Assembly: GCA_026026165.1 (NCBI GenBank)
Contig: JAPEUD010000062.1
Coordinates: forward strand, 62,001-126,000
Length of the DNA: 64,000 bases
Origin: Sarea resinae
Lineage: Eukaryota
Direction of reading: 5' to 3'
Below, piece after piece: positions 57,024-64,000 of the stretch (within the stretch, counting starts at the first letter, position 1; each line of letters begins with the position of its first letter). A model generated the notes under the pieces. The model made no database searches. It was not told where the DNA came from and saw nothing but the letters and a program-made list of their open reading frames with translations. The position numbers were made by a program, and so were the translations under genes.

Positions 57024-58036
57024 CTTGCGACGGAGGCACTGTTGAATGATTGATTGAGACTATGAGGTTAACCGGTGCGTACTGCGTAAGAGAAGGGAGG
57101 ACCAGTAGTGGCATCGTTGATGTCGAAATATGGCTGGGCAGTTCAACCTAAGGTACTACTGTAGTAGTCCCCTGTGCTACACGCTAAACACTTACGGTAG
57201 GTACTACGTACAAGGAGAGGTAAAGTAGCGAGGCAGTCGCCGACTTGAATACCCAAGTATAAGTTACTTGTAGAGGACAAAAAGGAGTACTGACTATAAG
57301 TACTTCGTATGAGGTCGTACATGGGCCGCATCCAAGTCGCGTGGCAAGGTACCCAGCACCGACTACTGCTGTGGCATGCGTACTCAGTACCTTCGTACAA
57401 ACTACGGTCCCTACTGGGTATTTGCGGCCGAGGGTATTGCTCCCGACTGAGTCGCGACCGAATTACAGTTGGAGGGTATCTACCCCTGCCGACCTTGGAA
57501 TTTAGTACATCAGGTAGCGAGTACTTCGCCGCACAGTAAGTCTAATTTCATACGAATCACGCTACCTGTAAATGGAGATTGAGTACCTAGCAGTCTTGTT
57601 CAGTCATCAAAATGCTTTATGTTTATTCGTTTAGGCCGCTGTGGCTACGCAGATGCAGAGCGAGAAAAGAAGCGAATGGAAAGGAAGCCATATGATGTCC
57701 ATTACCGATGCCAACGAAAGACAGGGGCTGCCTATCACCTCTCATAACCTCATAGGACGTGAGGAAGTGCAAGGTTGTGCGAGCGAAAGCCTTCGGTCCG
57801 GCAGATGAGATTGATGCAACCAACAATATCTATTCCATGTACGCAACAGTAGAACCAGGAAAAAAGAGAGTACAGAAGAAACCCGCGGAAGGAGACAATC
57901 ATTAATAGGTCCACCAGCAACTACCAAATGGCAGAAGCACCCCCATGCTCCAAATGTTGTACAGTGCAGAGACGGAGGGCGACTCTTCATTGCCCCATAA
58001 ATCAACATGATCAATCTAGACGTACCGCACCAGACT

Positions 58037-61000
58037 TTAGAAGAGCCTGGCACCACCAGTAGAGGCAGCCGACGACGCAGCAGCAGTGCCGGAAGCAGCA
58101 CCAGTACCTGAAGCAGCAGCACCAGATTTCTGACCGAAATTGTGAAGAGCACTGCCTGTGATCTGGCTGGTGGTGTCGTTGTGATTTTGACCGGTGGGTT
58201 GAAGAAGATCTGCCGGAATACTTGGCAAGCTCTTGAGGAAGTGGCTCGCGACAATAGGGCCAGCAATCAAGACCACAAACAAGACAAGCAGAGAGAAGTA
58301 TAGTATCGCGTAGCGAATAACTCTTCTCTTGCGCAACTTGGACTGCTTTAGTGAATAGATAGGAGGCCGAATTTGACGACTGTACGTTGATTAGCAATCT
58401 ATACTTCACCAGAAGTAGGAGTGGAACGTACCTGGGTCGGAGCCAGAAGAGCATCACAGAATGCAACTTGTCAATGTATGGAACGCAAAGGACTGGCAAC
58501 ATGAAGAAAAGTAGGGTGTGACCAAGAACAAAGTCAGCTGCAAACAAGCCGAGCTCCGTGATTTTGCAGAGGAATTCACGACCCGGCTGCGATAACGAAT
58601 GCCAACCCATAGAATACCATTTGCCTGTCCACCAAGCAATATTGGAAGTATCTGCCTTGAATTCCCTTGTAAGACACAGACCAATGATGAGCTTGTAGAT
58701 GAATCGTTGGATAGCCGTGACGGCAATCATTCCGAGAAGCGCCTTCGTAAATGACCAGCCTTCGAGGAAGAACATGACCTCAAAGAAGACAATGAGCATG
58801 ATCACAGCAATGGCGTGCGCTATAGCGGCGAGAACGGCACCGAACTTCTTGCAACACATGCTGAGCAGAGGACCCATGCAACAAGCCAAACCGAAAAAGC
58901 CGCCAGCAACCCCGGCATTGACTGCAATAGGCGCGAAGGCGACCAGAGCAACACGAATCAAAGCGTTCTTCGGCGTGGGCTGAACGCCACCATTGTTCTT
59001 GGCTATGACACCGGTCTGAGAGTTGATGAACAGATAAGGAATCAATGTGACAGCCACGAGGACGATTGGACCGACGATTTGGCTGAAGAACATCTTGGTG
59101 AATTTCGCACGAGGAACGTCGCCGGACAGCTTCTGGGAAGGATCGCCAAGCTCTTTGCGTTTATACCCAGTGATTCGGGTTCGCGAAAGACGACAGAAGG
59201 CAATCCAGGAAGAAGCGTGAGATCGAGAGTTGCCACGGGACAGCCATCTCAAGAAGTCGCGGTAATCGATGAAGAAATCGTTCCAAGAGAACTGATGAGG
59301 GTTGAAAATATACGGTGCGATACAGAGAGCCAGTAGTGTGACCCAGAAGTATAGCAGCCAAACACCCCAGATGGTCATCGTGGCGAACAGCAGCATCATC
59401 AATGATCGTGCTCCTAGGTAGATCGACGGTCCTGCGAAGCGGGAGTAAAGCACGCCAAAGGGGATCCGAGCAGTCGCGAATCCACGTCCAGTTCCAATAT
59501 ACCGTGCACCTCCGAAGGAAAGGTCATTGTGAATCGCGTTCGCATAGATCTGGCAGACGAAGACCTCGAAAAGTGGAGATAGAGACGAGAAATGCTTCGC
59601 TAGTCGAGTTGCAGCACGCCAGAAGCCTCGCTCAGTTAGCTCCTGTACAACGAGTGGAACGAAAGATATGAAAAAGACGATGAAGATGGAGAGTGTGCAA
59701 CGCTCAACCCAATCCATGATCGGCCGAAGATTCGCACATCCAGTGGGGTGATGAGGATCGGTGATCGGCGTATTCCTATTGTAATGGCACAAGATAGTCT
59801 CATGTTTAAGAGCACCAAGATTGATGAGACATAACATGAACATCTGGACGGACAGGATAATGAACAAATTGTTGATATGGAATCCCGGATGCGCATAGTA
59901 GAAAGACAAGAACCGATCCAGAGGAAGCTGGGTACCCAGATAGTAATACTCTCGGGAGAGCATTTGTTCGCCCATGCCTGTGCCGATCTTTGTGGTGAAG
60001 TTGAGAATGGAGCCAAATCCAAGATCACGACCTTTACCGCACTGGTAATATTCGCAATGCTTGATGCGGCCGCCACGAAGAAGAGCGTTCATGCCAGCGT
60101 AGATATCCTCGTTCAGATGAAGACCCTTCTGAGCTTTAGAAACTCCACCACGGGTAGTCATAAAGATACCGTTCAAGAAATCAGGATGACCGTAATGAAG
60201 CTTGCCACCGATCTGAGCCAAAGTACGGGCAAACATAGTGCCGAAGGTCTGTTCCTTTCCAGCAGCCACATCACCAAGAATGCCAATGTTCTCGGAGAAA
60301 ATATACTCACGAGCTCCGAGAATTGCCACAGGATTAAACTTCGGCGACGGAAGACCCGGAGTGTATGGAGAAACATTGTCCGTGGTCATCTCTTCAAATT
60401 CAGCTAGAACGCTTCGAATTTTCAGACATTCTTCAAGATAGTTGTCTTGGTTCGCATCGATGAGCTGAATGTATTCACCACGGTAGAAGATGATAGCGTG
60501 ATTTTGATTGTCAGATTTTCCATCCCCAAGGATAGGGTTGCCGGAGAGCTGAACGCGGAACTTCGGACGGCGCATATTATTCTCCAAAAGTTCGGAATGC
60601 CCATCAATGAGAGCAGAGTAGATTCGAGGCTCCTCTCCCTCTTCGGCGGGAGGCTCTTCATCCAAATACGCAATTTGGAGGTCAGGATAGGCTCGAAGAA
60701 GGAATTCCGTATTCTCTCGTTCCTCCGCCTTGAATTTGGCGTAACGTTGCATAGACACCACGATCTTGAACTTTCTCCGAGCCATGCGCTCAAGTTCGCG
60801 TTCAAGCTTATCGGAATTGCCACCAAACATTTGGACGACTTCGGGGTTTTCGACGCGGTAGAGGAGCTTGATCGCCCTGCTGTAATTCATAAATCCGGAG
60901 ATTGTACGGTACAATGTCTGAGATCGAAGAGAAGCCCAAATTCGCGTACGAAGAGTGTACTCGGGAGCAGCCGACTTGAAACCGATGCAGTAGAATGGAA

Positions 61001-64000
61001 GGTCGTCAATTTTGCTCTTTGCAGTATCTTTTTCGTTCTTTTCGTAGTCGCCGTTGAATTGAGAAGTCTCATCGGCCAGAATTTTGGTGTCCTTCACAAA
61101 ACAGTCCCATTCATGTGGGTGCAGCTGCTTGAGATACTCCAGGAGAGTAACCCTAGAATAGGGTTCATCCTCTCGAATAATCTCACGAAGAGAAAGTAAA
61201 ATCTTCTCGCCGTAGTGCGGAATCATAACAGTAAAGGTTGGCATGTTGTCGACTGGGACTGGTTCGGGGATCGGGGTCGAGAGAGACTGGGCGAAAAAGG
61301 AAATACGACGCTCAGCCTCGCTGTGAGCTGGGAAAAATTCGGTCTTGAACGAGTGATCTTCCTGGGAGACGAAAAAAGTTGGTGCCCGAAGTGTTCTCTT
61401 TCCTTCCTGTTCTGATGGAACCTGGTGATACAGCAGCTTTTGAACGTGGTCAATGGCCAACAAGTGCTCCCTATACATTGAGATAACAACGGCGTTCCAG
61501 ATCTGCGAGATCAGTACCTTTGGTTTATACTTGATCTCCATGTCCGTTGTCGCAAGAATCTTAGAGTAGATACGCTTCGGAAGTCGAGAGAATATATTCC
61601 TCCACGGAGTCCAAATTGACACTCCAAGGTAGAAGGAGCGTGCTACCGAGAAAACGCAATTACAGATGATATACCACAAGTACGTGTCAAGGAAGAAGAG
61701 AACCAAGTCAGTGACGAACATCAGTCCTAGCAAAATCTTCGGTTGAATCTTGCAAAGCTTGTCCTTGATAATCTTATCTCCTTGACAATTGTGGATAACC
61801 ATGGTCGAGAGGATTCGAATCGGGTCTCGGAAAGACAGTGTGAGGAAGACGTACGATTCGCTCAGCTTCGCCCCAAACACCAGAATCCAAAGGCCGAATG
61901 ACATCCACATGTCGTTGCCCTTGAGGCGCGGATAGCTTGCGGTGAAGGTTTGGCTTGCAACATATTGACGGTTGTTGCGCGTAAGATAGCTCCCAAACAG
62001 TCCACCAATTGGCATGACGGAGAAGAATATGAATGTCACCACCGCAATCAAGAATTGCACAATACCCAGGGTCAGTGCAATCTTGTTGTGCTGGTTAACT
62101 CCGAAGATGTAGACCGATGGAGCAAGGTTCAGGATAAAGACTCCAATCAGGAAGAAGAGCCGTTTCGTCAAGTGTTGAGCACCTGCCCAATTCCTCGGCA
62201 CGTAAAGCCATTCCGCGAAGGTGGCAATGATCATGATGAATGATGCGACAGTACCACCAAGAGCAACAGCAGACCAGTGTGCAGCATGAGTGGGTTGATT
62301 GTTCAGCTGTTGCTGATAATTTTTCATGTAGAGAGTTGGCGAGTTGTGAGCAGTATAGAACCAGAACATGGTGATGTGGATGATCCAGACACGATTGAAA
62401 TTAATAATCATGTGGAACCATGATCGAGTCTCCCGATATGTCTTGAAAAACACCTTGTTCCAGTTCACATCCTTGAGCTTAGTGTACCGTTCTGCAGGCG
62501 GAATATCCACCAATCTTGACTTATCCTCCATAACGATTCGTTCAATTCCTTCAGGGTACCAGAATAGCTGGTTCATGTCATCGTATCCGACGACTTGGTT
62601 ATGGTCCCTCTCTCGGCGAACATATTTGCCCTCCGAGATCTCGTAGCATTGATCTCGGCAGTAATTGTAGAGAGGAGTGATAACCTCGTTCAGATATGTG
62701 CATTCCTCAGCCGGCTCCACACGATTCTGGCACTCAGGCGTCTGAAGATAATCGTGGGCGCACTTGAAAATGAAGCAGAGTAGCTCAGGCATGAATCGGA
62801 CTTGATTGGCTTCGCCCCAGCAGAGCAGGAACAAAGCCAATTGTCTAGCGCGATCGTGCTGAGACATGCGATTCATTCTGGTCTTCCATCGATACTCAGC
62901 TGCCTCCAAACTGTTGTCTCCTTCGTAAGACTCGAGAGTTTGTTCCTCGTTTTCCGGATTCTGTTGAGCGGCCTTTTTGGCTGCCTTGCGAGCCTTTCGA
63001 GTCCGACGGTTTGCCTTCCCGAGTTTAATGCTGGAGAAACCAACGGAGTCGTCCAAATCAAGGTGGGCGGCGAAATACCATCGGCGATAGTTGGCATTTT
63101 CGCCGCCAATGTAGTCAGCATGCAGAGAAAGCAGTGCCTGATTTGGTGTCATGCGTGATGCACGAGAATCCAAGAGCGTCATCAAGTGGTCATACATGTT
63201 TCTCATGCTATCTCTCTGGAAACCGAATTTGGCAGTAAGATCCAGGAATATGTCCTCAATCTCTTCCTTCGATATCGGAATCTGTGCCTCGGAAGTCCAC
63301 GCTGGGTAAGGCTCCTTCGAACGCTGTCCTGCGGGCAACGCGTTGCTATAGTCCATTCCGTAGATTGGCGTTGACGCACCCGATGATCGATTTCCACCAT
63401 ATGACATCTGAGAAGACGGCGGTCGGTAACCACGCCCTCCTGCGTTGCCTTCGTTATAGCTGTTGTAGCGTTCATCTCCTCGGCCATAATAATCCATTTC
63501 CGCGGCACGGGCCATATCAGACCTCATAGTGAAATCGCTGAATGTCTCGGAGTCCTCTTCCGAATCGTGACCGCGGCGTCGACCCTTGCCACTAGTGTCT
63601 GTTAACGTTTGTTACCACGTGCTTGACTTGTACGGCTTACCCGTTCCCGGCTTGGTTGTAAGGCGTTTGCTGCCCAGCAGCTGGAGCATCTTGATCATAG
63701 TACTGATTGTCGTAGTACTCATCTTGATAGCCTTGTTGGGGACCGTCGTAATAGCCTCCATTCTGATGGTATGGATTATTGGCATCCGCATTGTAATAGC
63801 CGCTGTTTCTGTTAGCGATTTGAAAGATGTTTCGGCTTGAAACTTACGATTCATCATAGTAGCCATCGCCACCTTGCTGATGTTGCTGATATTCCTGGCC
63901 TTGGTCATAGTATCCCTGGGCACGATCATCCTGATAGTATGAATCCGTTTCTTGGCCAGGATGGCCATAGGCTTCGTCGTGATACCCCCCTTCGGGATGA
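58037..64000 (-). CDS. FKS1: 1,3-beta-glucan synthase catalytic subunit, start codon just outside window
   Basis: Y/Q/D-rich N-terminal exons, then a long exon with [100 protein letters not shown]. Last intron about 58380-58431. Ends RPPIYSLKQ...GGARLF-TAA. Confidence 0.97.

Noticed and set aside
58011..58431. ORF-track C-terminus of the 1838-aa Fks1 ORF
   Set aside because: Read-through of the last intron into the wrong frame. The spliced frame gives the conserved [12 protein letters not shown] and stops at 58037.
1..64000. Transposons, RIP-degraded repeats, horizontally acquired or secondary-metabolite genes
   Set aside because: No transposase/RT fragments, terminal repeats, AT-rich RIP blocks or biosynthetic core genes were seen.

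Overview
Gene-dense eukaryotic DNA, most likely from a filamentous ascomycete (Pezizomycotina). This is inferred from the short GT...CTRAY...YAG spliceosomal introns, the presence of eIF3e, ELYS and AMO1, and the Fks1 and Atg26 architecture. I read 21 protein-coding genes, all housekeeping. In order: SLD1 delta-8 sphingolipid desaturase (5' partial), phosphoglucomutase/phosphoribomutase, LPD1, SGD1/NOM1, SRP14, SMC4, ELYS-like, AMO1/Nup42, RPS20, CUE3/ASCC2, RPT3, an MFS monocarboxylate transporter, SWI1, IMG2/mL49, eIF3e, ATG26, RSC1/2, OTU1, a GH17 glucanase, LCB1 and FKS1 (5' partial). There is also a U5 snRNA gene that the ORF track cannot show. I saw no transposon, tRNA, rRNA or CRISPR array. 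The most interesting signals are non-coding. (1) The U5 snRNA gene is flanked by a full RNA polymerase III-type element set (TATA, perfect A box, downstream B box, oligo-T) and has a C-interrupted Sm site, suggesting a Pol II-to-Pol III switch. (2) GTAC-dense islands and a recurring TACTCCGGAGTA palindrome mark promoters but not terminators. (3) RPS20 (uS10) is head-to-head with CUE3, the reader of ubiquitinated uS10. (4) Microsatellite mosaics fill convergent intergenic gaps, and GC-rich low-complexity sequence spreads into neighbouring gene 3' ends. All exon boundaries and counts were made by eye and need computational confirmation.
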